Part shown: positions 18,080-26,847 of the stretch, piece by piece | Position numbering within the stretch: the stretch's first letter is position 1 | Layout: the number at the start of each line of letters is the position of its first letter | Assembly (NCBI GenBank): GCA_964625085.1 | Contig: CAZVAJ010000003.1 | Coordinates: 953 to 64,952 of the forward strand | DNA: 64,000 nt | Reading direction: 5' to 3' | Origin: Candidatus Micrarchaeota archaeon | GTDB lineage: Archaea > B1Sed10-29 > JAJSAI01 | Notes under the pieces: generated by a model | Databases searched by the model: none | What the model was told of the DNA's origin: nothing | The model's input: only the letters and a program-made list of their open reading frames with translations | Position numbers and translations under genes: made by a program

Positions 18080-19650
18080 ATTCTCTCCTTCTGTATCTCT
18101 ACGCTCACGAATACAGGGCCTTTTAGTGAAAGGCGTTTCTTGTGCGCAGTAACATACCTCTGCACCAGAGGATGGACTGAAATGTTTATGTCTTGTCCTG
18201 ATTTCACGTTCTTGAACTGAATTATCTTGTGAAATTCTGTCATGGCCTCTGCTTCTGATGCCACGAATGCACCTATTGCGTCCCTGAAAGAGATTCCTGT
18301 CTTAACTCCTTTTTCCAACGCGTTCTTGACCAAATCATTCTGGAAAGCGCCGGCTGACGGAGGTAATGCCATAACGTTTCCATCGTACACTATCACTTCA
18401 TTTAAAGCAGCTGGACCGCACAAACTTTTTCCCTCCTCTTTTTCAAACACCCACACTGTAACGTGGTGTTTTCCAAGGTCGCGGTCGTACACCTTGTACC
18501 TTGCAGGAGCCTGTGAGTTCCCGTACTCCAAAATGGCATTTGATACACTTGACGCGATAAGCTTGCCTTCTGGAGCTGAAGGCTTCTTGTCAATGTAAAC
18601 ATGCTCTGCTATTTCATGGTCTGAAAGAACAAAAGGAGCAAGAGCCTGCTTGTAAACCAGCTGCCTAACGTCTTTGTATCCATGTTGAATCATTGCAATC
18701 CGTTCCATGCCCATCCCGAAATTGAACACAGGAATGTTTATGCCGTAATTTGAAAGCGCGATTGGGGAATACATTCCAATGTCCGCAATTTCAATCTTCT
18801 TTTTACCATACCTCGCGAAAACTTCCTCTTCCATTCCCTTAGCGTAGTACTTTGAAGTGGCTTTTTTCCTCACGAATTCTACTTCACTAAAACCGATTTC
18901 CTCAAGCACTTTCTGTGTTATCTCTCTGCCCGCGGAAAGGCTCATGTTCTCGTGAGCTATTACTGCAGAAGCACCAAGATGCGCTCTCAGGTGGTGGGCA
19001 TCTTCTTTTTGCTCTCTCCTGAATCTGTACCCTATAGAAAACAGAGCTACTGGCGTAAACCTTTTCTTGAGAACTTCCTGCAGGGTAAGGAACCATCCTG
19101 CAGTCATATGGGACCGTAAGGTCTGTGTGCTTGGAACTGGCTTAAGTTCAGAAAACTCTCTGAAAACGTCTGACACAAGGGCTGATGCCTGTTCTTCCTC
19201 GATTCCCAGCTTTTTAACAAGTTCTTCTAGGAAATCGTCTCCTTCTATTTTTCCTTCCCTGTACGCCCGCAGGATTTCTTGAAGAACATCATATCCTGAA
19301 AATCCGGGGATTATACTAGATATTTTTTCCTTTTTCTCAGGAGAAAGGCCTATATCCGGCCTTTCAAGCCCTGCAAGGTAGTAGACCCTGTCAAGTATAA
19401 CCGGCGCTTCTGGCCCGTACTGGTGGTACACATGGGAAACGTCTATTATTGTCTTGTTTATAGCTTCTTCAAAACCGTGTTTTATGAACGCGGCCCTTAC
19501 CTTCTGCCTTAGCTCTTCAAGAGGGTGAGGAGTATTGTTTTTCCCAAGGGTTATCTTTGGCCCTGTTTCAAGCAAAAGCTTTGATGACTCTGTCCAAGTC
19601 TTTTCAAAATCTTGCTCTGACAGTTGCTTTATTTTTTCAGGATCCCACAC
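18076..19650 (-). CDS. sepS: O-phosphoseryl-tRNA synthetase (SepRS), class II
   Basis: 524 aa; class II motif 2 FSIGYRFRREQKEDAHHL, motif 3 GMGMERIAM; LRSHMTAGWFLT, DRVYYLAGLERPDIGLS, KEEGKSLCGPAALNEVIVYDGNVMALP and C-terminal GPVFVSVEIQ match SepRS rather than PheRS-alpha. Confidence 0.9.
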   Translation of the reverse strand: MWDPEKIKQLSEQDFEKTWTESSKLLLETGPKITLGKNNTPHPLEELRQKVRAAFIKHGFEEAINKTIIDVSHVYHQYGPEAPVILDRVYYLAGLERPDIGLSPEKKEKISSIIPGFSGYDVLQEILRAYREGKIEGDDFLEELVKKLGIEEEQASALVSDVFREFSELKPVPSTQTLRSHMTAGWFLTLQEVLKKRFTPVALFSIGYRFRREQKEDAHHLRAHLGASAVIAHENMSLSAGREITQKVLEEIGFSEVEFVRKKATSKYYAKGMEEEVFARYGKKKIEIADIGMYSPIALSNYGINIPVFNFGMGMERIAMIQHGYKDVRQLVYKQALAPFVLSDHEIAEHVYIDKKPSAPEGKLIASSVSNAILEYGNSQAPARYKVYDRDLGKHHVTVWVFEKEEGKSLCGPAALNEVIVYDGNVMALPPSAGAFQNDLVKNALEKGVKTGISFRDAIGAFVASEAEAMTEFHKIIQFKNVKSGQDINISVHPLVQRYVTAHKKRLSLKGPVFVSVEIQKERI

Positions 19651-19656
19651 CTTTTC

Positions 19657-20352
19657 TCACCTACAAACCGGGCAGTCCACCCTCTTTTTTATCCTTACTT
19701 TTTCCATGCTGCTGGTATTTAACCCATACCCTACAAGCACACTCTGCTGGTTTGTCAACAGCAGAACAGTGGAGATGGATGCAGCAACCTTGGCGGTCTC
19801 AGGCAATACACCTATTTGCCTTGCTCCTGGCGCGCACGAAGACTCTCTCACTTTTCTGCCTGGAAAAACGCACTCCAAGCAGGGACCTCCTGCAGGAAAG
19901 TATGCTGACATTCCGGAAAATCCTGCGCACGCAGACAGTATATAATCCTTGCCATACTTTACAGTAAGCAGGTTAAGTTCAAACCTTAAGCTCATACTGT
20001 CAAGCCCGTCCATCACAACATCGCAAGAGGATATTGTCTTTTCCGCATTCCTAAAATCACTGTCAACCGTGCGAACAATAATATTTTCGTTTATCCGCTT
20101 AAGCGTTAAGGATAGTGCTTTGGTTTTCTGCAGTCCTTTCTGGTCTTGAAAGAACTCCTGTGTTCCTATGTTCGGTGTTTCCACCTTATCAAGATCCACT
20201 AGTGTGATTTTACTGAAACCGTTCCGCGCAAGATTGATCGCGATGTTTGACCCTATAGCGCCTGTCCCAACCACGCACACGTGCTTTTTTCTCACGTTCT
20301 CAAAAGCTTCTCCCAAGAGAAGTTTTTGCCTGTCAAGCTCTGTACTGCTCAT
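19657..20352 (-). CDS. ThiF/MoeB/HesA-family E1-like enzyme with C-terminal CxxC
   Basis: Nucleotide-binding VCVVGTGAIGSNIAINLARNGFSKITLVDLDKVETPNIGTQ; C-terminal CPVC. Confidence 0.85.
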   Translation of the reverse strand: MSSTELDRQKLLLGEAFENVRKKHVCVVGTGAIGSNIAINLARNGFSKITLVDLDKVETPNIGTQEFFQDQKGLQKTKALSLTLKRINENIIVRTVDSDFRNAEKTISSCDVVMDGLDSMSLRFELNLLTVKYGKDYILSACAGFSGMSAYFPAGGPCLECVFPGRKVRESSCAPGARQIGVLPETAKVAASISTVLLLTNQQSVLVGYGLNTSSMEKVRIKKRVDCPVCR

Positions 20353-20971
20353 TCAAAACCCTCCTTATTTCTTCTGCTTTCTTCTTTCCTAATCCGGGTA
20401 CTGTCATGAGCTGTTTCACGTCCGCGTTTAATACTTCCTGAACATTGCCAAACCTTTCAAGCAGTTCCACTGCCAGCTTAGGGCCGATGCCTGGAAGGGA
20501 TTCTATCACCATCCTCTGGTAATCCTTCAAGGTTACTGCTTTTTTTCCCTGCTTTGCCTTAACAGGCTTGTTCAGTTCCAGTTGCTCGCGCCTGGCAATC
20601 AAGGCAAGTGTTTTTGAAGTGTCAGAAAGATTTCTTGAGAAGTAAACAGGAACACCGGAGGTAAGCATGATATGAGAAAGAGCTCCTCTTATTGCGTTTT
20701 CGTGTAGTCTGCCGAGGTATCCTGGATTTCCTTCTATCACAAGCAGGGGTTTAGAGTATGCCTGCTTGAGCCTGTCAATCTGATCAAACAACCTGCCGTC
20801 AACAAGAGAGTTCACAAAGTCTTCTGCTGTTTTCCGTTCTACTGCAACGTCTTCGGAAAGGACATAATCTGCGATATCAAGAGTTTTGATGATCACAATG
20901 CACTCTTTTTTCAGCATTTCAGGCAAGCCTGATGCTGTTTCTCGGTTGTCAGCGTAGACAGTTGGCTTCAT
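20333..20971 (-). CDS. hef: Hef nuclease module (XPF/ERCC4 nuclease + HhH2) as separate ORF
   Basis: ERK motif AVERKTAEDF, C-terminal HhH2 LPGIGPKLAVELL...VPGLGKKKAEEI. Confidence 0.85.
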   Translation of the reverse strand: MKPTVYADNRETASGLPEMLKKECIVIIKTLDIADYVLSEDVAVERKTAEDFVNSLVDGRLFDQIDRLKQAYSKPLLVIEGNPGYLGRLHENAIRGALSHIMLTSGVPVYFSRNLSDTSKTLALIARREQLELNKPVKAKQGKKAVTLKDYQRMVIESLPGIGPKLAVELLERFGNVQEVLNADVKQLMTVPGLGKKKAEEIRRVLNEQYRA

Positions 20972-22407
20972 ACAAACTCCCCTACTTTCTTCTGAGGGTC
21001 TTTAAGTGATCTTTTCATTTTTTTCTCTTTATTATAACTGCTCCAGTAGTAAACCTGGTCTAGTGTGTTTCGGGTCATTAGCACGTAGATCTTGCCCGGC
21101 CCGTGCCTGCCAGTCCTGCCTTTTCGTTGTATCATCCTTATTGCGCTGGGCACTGGCTCGTAAAATACCGCAAGATCAACTGAAGGAATGTCCAGACCCT
21201 CTTCTCCTATGGAAGTCGCCACGAGCACTTTTATCTCTCCAGCCCTGAACTTTTCAAGTATCTCTGCCTGCTCTTTTTGGGAATAGCCCTTTTCTTTGGC
21301 CCTGCTTGCTTGGCCTATAAACCTCTTGCACGAAAACCCTTTTTGCGTCAGAAAATGTTCTATCCTGCCAGCAGTGTCCCTGTAATTGGAAAACACAATG
21401 GCCTTTTCTGCTTTTTCTGCCGAAAGGATCTCTGCCACCTTGCCAAGCTTCGGGTGTTCAGGCGCCTGTTCTATCAGCCTCATGGCTTCCTTAACTTTCG
21501 GGTCTTCATAAATCCGGGCAGCTGCCTTTGAACCATCCTCTGAAAGAGACCGGTAGTACGCAAGTGCTTGTTCCGGGCCCTGTGTTACAAACGAAGAGAT
21601 CAAGTAGTCAAGTTTTATGACCACTGCAATTCGGGAAATGATCTGGTAAAACGCAGGGTTTTCTGAAACTCTTTTACTAAGACTTTTCTGAAGCTTGAGC
21701 AGGTCTGTCTTTGTTCTTGCGCGCACGTTTTTTTCCTTAAGCCAGTTAGCATGTTCTTTTCTAACCTGTTTCAACATTCTAAAAGGCTGTTTGTATTCTT
21801 CTGGAAAGGAAAGTTCGACTATCTTCATCTTTTTCTCGTGAACGTATTTTGCCACGTCAGCATCTGATTCTGTTCTTGTTTCAACATGCACTATGCCAAG
21901 GTTCTTTTTCACTTCTTCTATTTTCTTTTTGTCACTGCCTGGAGACGCAGTAAGCGCAAGGCACACGGCATTGTCACGGTTTTTGTAGTACTCTGATGCT
22001 ATGCTAACGTAAGCGTAGTCCCCTACCGCCCGGTGGGCTTCATCAAAAACCACGAGAGAATACTCGGAAAGGTCAATGATCCCTTTAGCCAGATCATTTT
22101 CTACGCACTGGGGAGTAGCGCACACAATCCTTGAACGAGAGTAGGCATCTTGCCGCTTGTCCGGGATTAGGAGGCCTGTGACAACTTCAACTTCATTTAT
22201 TCCAAGGGTTTCCTGAATGCTTTTAGCATGCTGTCCCACCAGTGGCCTGCTGGGAGCCAAGAACAACACTTTTCCTTCTTTTAATTTTTCTTTTATGACA
22301 AGCATTGCAATGAAAGTTTTGCCAAGACCTGTTGGAAGCACCACCAACGTGCTCCCCTTTTCAAGAACATTCTTTGCTATGCTCTCTTGATATTCTCTGG
22401 GGCGCAT
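20968..22407 (-). CDS. hef: Hef helicase module (SF2 DEAH helicase), separate ORF overlapping nuclease ORF by 4 nt
   Basis: Walker A LPTGLGKT, DEAH VFDEAHRAVG, motif VI QRKGRTGR. Confidence 0.88.
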   Translation of the reverse strand: MRPREYQESIAKNVLEKGSTLVVLPTGLGKTFIAMLVIKEKLKEGKVLFLAPSRPLVGQHAKSIQETLGINEVEVVTGLLIPDKRQDAYSRSRIVCATPQCVENDLAKGIIDLSEYSLVVFDEAHRAVGDYAYVSIASEYYKNRDNAVCLALTASPGSDKKKIEEVKKNLGIVHVETRTESDADVAKYVHEKKMKIVELSFPEEYKQPFRMLKQVRKEHANWLKEKNVRARTKTDLLKLQKSLSKRVSENPAFYQIISRIAVVIKLDYLISSFVTQGPEQALAYYRSLSEDGSKAAARIYEDPKVKEAMRLIEQAPEHPKLGKVAEILSAEKAEKAIVFSNYRDTAGRIEHFLTQKGFSCKRFIGQASRAKEKGYSQKEQAEILEKFRAGEIKVLVATSIGEEGLDIPSVDLAVFYEPVPSAIRMIQRKGRTGRHGPGKIYVLMTRNTLDQVYYWSSYNKEKKMKRSLKDPQKKVGEFV

Positions 22408-22458
22408 GAATAATATTAGACGAAAAGGAATATTAAAGCAGAATGTTTACTTTTAGTA

Positions 22459-23361
22459 ATGATCTCATACTATCGGCGCACAAAACAGGACAGTAAACTT
22501 AGGAGACTTCCAGAATTCAGAGTAGGCTGTTGGATTAACGTGGAGGATCCGTCAGAAGAGGAACTGGAAAAACTAGCTGGTTTGCTTGACCTGGACACGG
22601 ACCTTTTGAATGATGGACTGGACCCTGATGAAATACCAAGAGTAGAAGTAGAGGGAGACAAGGTCTATGTTCTGGTGAAAACAGTTGACATTAAGAATAA
22701 AGCACTTGACACACTGCTTGTGGTGGTGGGAGGAACATTTGTTCTCACACTAAGCCGTCGCCCCCAAAACTTTCTGAAAGAGATCAGGAAAACTGGAAAA
22801 GTGATAACCACACAAAGGACTAAACTTCTCATAAGCGTGCTAGACAAGAATGATCAGGAGTTAGAAGAGATGACCAACACTGTAGTTAAACAGGTTCAAA
22901 AAAGAGGCCCTCTAAAGAATATTGAGTTTTGGGAGTTAAACAATCTGCTTCAGAGCGAAGTGCTGTTGAACAATTTGGTGTCATTCTACTACTACACACG
23001 CCTTGTTTACACAAGATTGCTTAAGACAATCAGGCTATACGAAGAAGACCGGGACATAATAGAGTCTTTGCTCACTGAATCAGAAGAGCGGTTTAACCTA
23101 AGCAAGAACGCGCTTAGAACCCTCTCCAACATAAGGGATTATTACATGATTCTCTCTTCAAGCAGGCTTAATAGGATGATTAATGTTCTCACTGTGCTAA
23201 CGATTATAATAAGTATCCCTGCAGCAATTTCAGGTGTATACGGAATGAACGTGGCTCTTCCGTTACAGCATGATCAGAATGTTTTCTTGTACATCATGGC
23301 AGTAATCTTCGGACTTTGGGCTGTATTCTTGTACTATGTCAAAAGAAGCAGGCTACTGTGA
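22459..23361 (+). CDS. corA: CorA family Mg2+/Co2+ transporter
   Basis: C-terminal GVYGMN motif followed by two TM helices. Confidence 0.85.
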   Translation: MISYYRRTKQDSKLRRLPEFRVGCWINVEDPSEEELEKLAGLLDLDTDLLNDGLDPDEIPRVEVEGDKVYVLVKTVDIKNKALDTLLVVVGGTFVLTLSRRPQNFLKEIRKTGKVITTQRTKLLISVLDKNDQELEEMTNTVVKQVQKRGPLKNIEFWELNNLLQSEVLLNNLVSFYYYTRLVYTRLLKTIRLYEEDRDIIESLLTESEERFNLSKNALRTLSNIRDYYMILSSSRLNRMINVLTVLTIIISIPAAISGVYGMNVALPLQHDQNVFLYIMAVIFGLWAVFLYYVKRSRLL

Positions 23362-23365
23362 TCAT

Positions 23366-24076
23366 ATGAAAAAAGAAGAATTCAAAAAAGTGTGGGAAGG
23401 AGTCTTCACACCTTACACCATTGATAATCTCCTCTGGCTCATCAGAAGGTATTGTATTGACGGGCTAGAAGGATGCATATCAACAGGCAAAGAAGCTGAT
23501 GTTTACGCAGCGTTAGCTCAGGGTAGCGAGAGAGTGGCAGTCAAGATATACCGTGTTGAAACAAGCTCATTCAGTGACATGGCAGCGTACATAGAAGGTG
23601 ATCCCAGGTTCGAAAAGGTGAAAAAGGACAAACGAAGCTTGGTGGAAATGTGGGCCCGGAAAGAATTCAGGAATCTAACAGAAGCGAGAGAAGCTGGAGT
23701 GAGAGTACCTGAACCTTTATGCGTTCGGAAAAACGTGCTTGTCATGGAATTCATAGGGGAAGAGAATACACCCGCACCAACCCTAAATGACACAGGCCCT
23801 TTAAACCCAGAAAAAGAAGTCAGGACCATGACGGACTGGGTCAAGAAGCTTTACTGCAGGGATCTCGTTCATGCTGACCTGAGCGAGTTTAATATTCTCG
23901 TTAGCGGAGAAGAGCTTGTGCTTATTGACATGGGGCAGGCTGTTAGCGTGAAGCACCCTAAAGCAAGAGAGTTCTTAGAGAGGGATCTTGCAAACATACA
24001 GAAGTATGCTGAAAAAAACGGCATAAAATTTGACTCAAAAAGTGTACTGAATCAGATGTTAGAGGAGAAAAAATGA
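23366..24076 (+). CDS. rio1: RIO-type serine/threonine protein kinase (Rio1)
   Basis: Catalytic loop LVHADLSEFNILV, metal-binding IDMGQAV; start at ATG 23366 (MKKEEF) preferred over track start 23336. Confidence 0.85.
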   Translation: MKKEEFKKVWEGVFTPYTIDNLLWLIRRYCIDGLEGCISTGKEADVYAALAQGSERVAVKIYRVETSSFSDMAAYIEGDPRFEKVKKDKRSLVEMWARKEFRNLTEAREAGVRVPEPLCVRKNVLVMEFIGEENTPAPTLNDTGPLNPEKEVRTMTDWVKKLYCRDLVHADLSEFNILVSGEELVLIDMGQAVSVKHPKAREFLERDLANIQKYAEKNGIKFDSKSVLNQMLEEKK

Positions 24077-24717
24077 AGCAAATCAAGGCAGTATTGTTTG
24101 ATGTTGATGGGACGCTTGTAGACGTCAGGTGCCTGCTAGAACCGTTTTACAAGGCGTGTGATGAGCTGGGAGTCATGAAAATCTCTGAAGAGACCTTCTT
24201 CTCCAAACTTGTAGGGCACAGGCCAAAGGAAAAGCTAAAAGAACTTCTTGAAGATGTGAGCGAAGAGAAGATAAACAGGCTATACCAAAAGTTCAAAGAG
24301 GAGTACCTCATGTCTGCAGAAAACTGCAAACTGCTTCCAGGCGCAAAACAGGTTCTAAGAGAACTAAAAAATAGAGGATACCTTGTAGGGATCGTGACAA
24401 CAAAAGCAAGAGACACTGCACGGGCAGTCCTCAACTCTCATGACTTAGAATATGACGTGCTTGTTTCAGCAGAAGACGTGAAAAAGATCAAGCCCGACGC
24501 AGAACCTGTGAAAAAGGCAGCGGAAAAACTAGGAGTAAAAGCAGAGGAATGCGTCGTTGTAGGAGACCACGTGTTTGACGTCTGTTCTGCTAATCAGGCC
24601 GGAGCTGTTTCAGTTGGCGTGTTAACAGGAGTCTCTTCAAAAAAGAAACTATCAGAAGCAGGAGCAAAGTTTATAATACCAGACCTCACCAAACTTTTGG
24701 AAGTCCTAGAGGGCTGA
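24073..24717 (+). CDS. HAD-superfamily hydrolase (phosphoglycolate phosphatase-like)
   Basis: Motif I FDVDGTLVD, motif IV VGDHVFD. Confidence 0.8.
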   Translation: MKQIKAVLFDVDGTLVDVRCLLEPFYKACDELGVMKISEETFFSKLVGHRPKEKLKELLEDVSEEKINRLYQKFKEEYLMSAENCKLLPGAKQVLRELKNRGYLVGIVTTKARDTARAVLNSHDLEYDVLVSAEDVKKIKPDAEPVKKAAEKLGVKAEECVVVGDHVFDVCSANQAGAVSVGVLTGVSSKKKLSEAGAKFIIPDLTKLLEVLEG

Positions 24718-24719
24718 TC

Positions 24720-25235
24720 ATGGAATACGAGAACGAAATAACACTCCCTAAACACAGGATAGCCGTACTCATCGGACACAAGGGTGAAACAAAGCAGAGA
24801 ATAGAGAATGAAACAGGCGTAAAGATAAAAGTGAACTCAAGAACCGGGACAGCAGTGATAACCCGAACAGACAAAACAGACCCACTATTAGGAATAAAAG
24901 CTATAGATATTATCAGAGCCATAGCATGCGGGTTTTCTCCCGAAAAAGCTTTTAAACTGCTTTCTCCTAACAGATACTTAGAGGTAGTAGACCTTGAGGA
25001 ACACTCCAGTACCAGAGATTTACATAGGATAAAATCTCGCATTATAGGCACTGACGGAAAGGTAAGGAAGGGCATAGAAAACAGCACAGGAACATGCATT
25101 TCAGTATCTGAAAAAACAGTAGGCATCATTGGAGATGCTGAAGGGGTTAGAACAGCCAAGGAAGCGGTGCTAAAGCTAGTTGAAGGCGCGTCCCATTCCT
25201 CTGTCTTCCGGTTCCTCGAGAAGCACAAGAGGTGA
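24720..25235 (+). CDS. Two-KH-domain RNA-binding protein (aDim2/Pno1-like)
   Basis: KH GxxG loops IGHKGETKQRIENETGVKI and IGTDGKVRKGIENSTGTCI. Confidence 0.7.
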   Translation: MEYENEITLPKHRIAVLIGHKGETKQRIENETGVKIKVNSRTGTAVITRTDKTDPLLGIKAIDIIRAIACGFSPEKAFKLLSPNRYLEVVDLEEHSSTRDLHRIKSRIIGTDGKVRKGIENSTGTCISVSEKTVGIIGDAEGVRTAKEAVLKLVEGASHSSVFRFLEKHKR

Positions 25236-25242
25236 AAAATTG

Positions 25243-26847
25243 ACCGACAAAGCAGCAGAAGCATTCAAAGAGTTTAAAGAGTACTCTGTCGCGGAGTTTT
25301 TCAGGAAAAACAGGCAAATGCTCGGATATTCTGGAGCGATAAAGAGCCTGACAACCGCAGTCCACGAATATGTTACTAATGCCCTTGATGCCTGTGAAGT
25401 TGCAGGAATACTCCCTGACTTATACATAGAACTCAGAAAAAAAGGAGAGGGATACCTCCTTATAGTAGAAGACAACGGCCCCGGCATACCAAAACACTAC
25501 GTGGGAAAAGTGTTTGGAACCATGCTTGCCGGAACAAAGTTTCATGTTTTCAAACAACAGAGGGGACAACAGGGCATTGGAGCAACAGGAGTTGTCATGT
25601 TCTCTCAGGTCACAACCGGAAAGCCCACAAAAATCGTGACAAGCACTGGTAATGGAATAATATACGAAGCTGATATCTCAATAGACATAAAGCACAATCG
25701 TGCGAATGTGGAAAACCCAAAAGAGTACCCTGGGAACATGCGCGGTACAAGAATAGAAACCGAACTAAAAGGAGTGCTTTACCAAAGAGGAGACAGGTCT
25801 CCTGACGAGTACCTTAAAAGAACTGCTCTTGCTAACCCTCATGCAAAGATAACCTGGAAGAATCCAGACAAAGTGGTCACTGTCTGGGATAGGGCAATGA
25901 ACGAACTGCCAAAAATACCAAAAGAAACCAAACCACACCCTAAAGGAATAGAAACAGACGACCTGATGTATTTTGCAGCACACACAAAAGCAAAAACAAT
26001 ACGCTCTTTCCTGATAAACGACTTTGTAAGAATAAGTGGCCAGAAAGCCACAGAACTTGAAACCCTTTCAGGAGTAGACTTCAAGAAAAAACCAAGCGCA
26101 ATGACCTGGGATGAGGCAGAGCAGATAGTAAAAGCAATACAAAAAACAAAGTTCATAGCACCCCCAACAGACTGCTTGATACCAATAGGAGAAAAAGAGC
26201 TGGAAAAAGCAGTGAAGAATGTTCTCAACCCCGAGTACTATAAAATCATAACAAGGCCCCCTGCCCTTTACAGGGGAGGAGTTCCCTTTATGGTAGAAAC
26301 AGCAATCGCATACGGCGGGGAACTACAGGCAAACGAAACAAAGAAAAAGAGCGGGTCAGAACTCTCAATCCAGATAATGAGGTTTGCTAATCGGGTTCCT
26401 CTTCTATTTGACGCAGGAGGATGTGCAATAACAAAGGCAGTAAACTCTATTGACTGGAAAAGGTATGGTGTAACACCCCAAACTCCGTTGACAGTAGTCG
26501 TGAACCTCACTTCAATTCATATTCCATACACAGGTGCAGGAAAAGAAGCTATCTCAGAGGAGGAAGAGATAACTAAAGAGATAAAACTAAGCCTTCAGGA
26601 TACTGGGAGAAGGGTTTCAGCATACCTATCAGGCAAAAAGCGCAGAGCAGAACTCGAAAAGAAAAAACGCACCCTCGAGATTTATGCAATACCTGTAGCA
26701 GAGGCTATAGCAGAAGTCACTGGGGCAGACAAAGACATGCTTGTGAAACGAATCCGCCAGATAGTAGAAGCAAGATACGAGGAGATCACTGAGGAACCTG
26801 AAGAAGAAGACGTGAACGTAGAAGAGGAGGAGGAAGAAGATGAGTAA
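25243..26847 (+). CDS. top6B: DNA topoisomerase VI subunit B
   Basis: GHKL ATPase motifs EYVTNALDA, VEDNGPGIP, GQQGIGATG; start proposed at TTG 25243 after AGGTGA RBS (track ORF from 25180 overlaps KH gene). Confidence 0.9.
   Translation, partial: TDKAAEAFKEFKEYSVAEFFRKNRQMLGYSGAIKSLTTAVHEYVTNALDACEVAGILPDLYIELRKKGEGYLLIVEDNGPGIPKHYVGKVFGTMLAGTKFHVFKQQRGQQGIGATGVVMFSQVTTGKPTKIVTSTGNGIIYEADISIDIKHNRANVENPKEYPGNMRGTRIETELKGVLYQRGDRSPDEYLKRTALANPHAKITWKNPDKVVTVWDRAMNELPKIPKETKPHPKGIETDDLMYFAAHTKAKTIRSFLINDFVRISGQKATELETLSGVDFKKKPSAMTWDEAEQIVKAIQKTKFIAPPTDCLIPIGEKELEKAVKNVLNPEYYKIITRPPALYRGGVPFMVETAIAYGGELQANETKKKSGSELSIQIMRFANRVPLLFDAGGCAITKAVNSIDWKRYGVTPQTPLTVVVNLTSIHIPYTGAGKEAISEEEEITKEIKLSLQDTGRRVSAYLSGKKRRAELEKKKRTLEIYAIPVAEAIAEVTGADKDMLVKRIRQIVEARYEEITEEPEEEDVNVEEEEEEDE

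Noticed and set aside
25180-25242. Track start of top6B at 25180 overlapping the KH gene
   Set aside because: Top6B homology starts near LTDKAAEAF. TTG 25243 follows the KH stop and an AGGTGA RBS.
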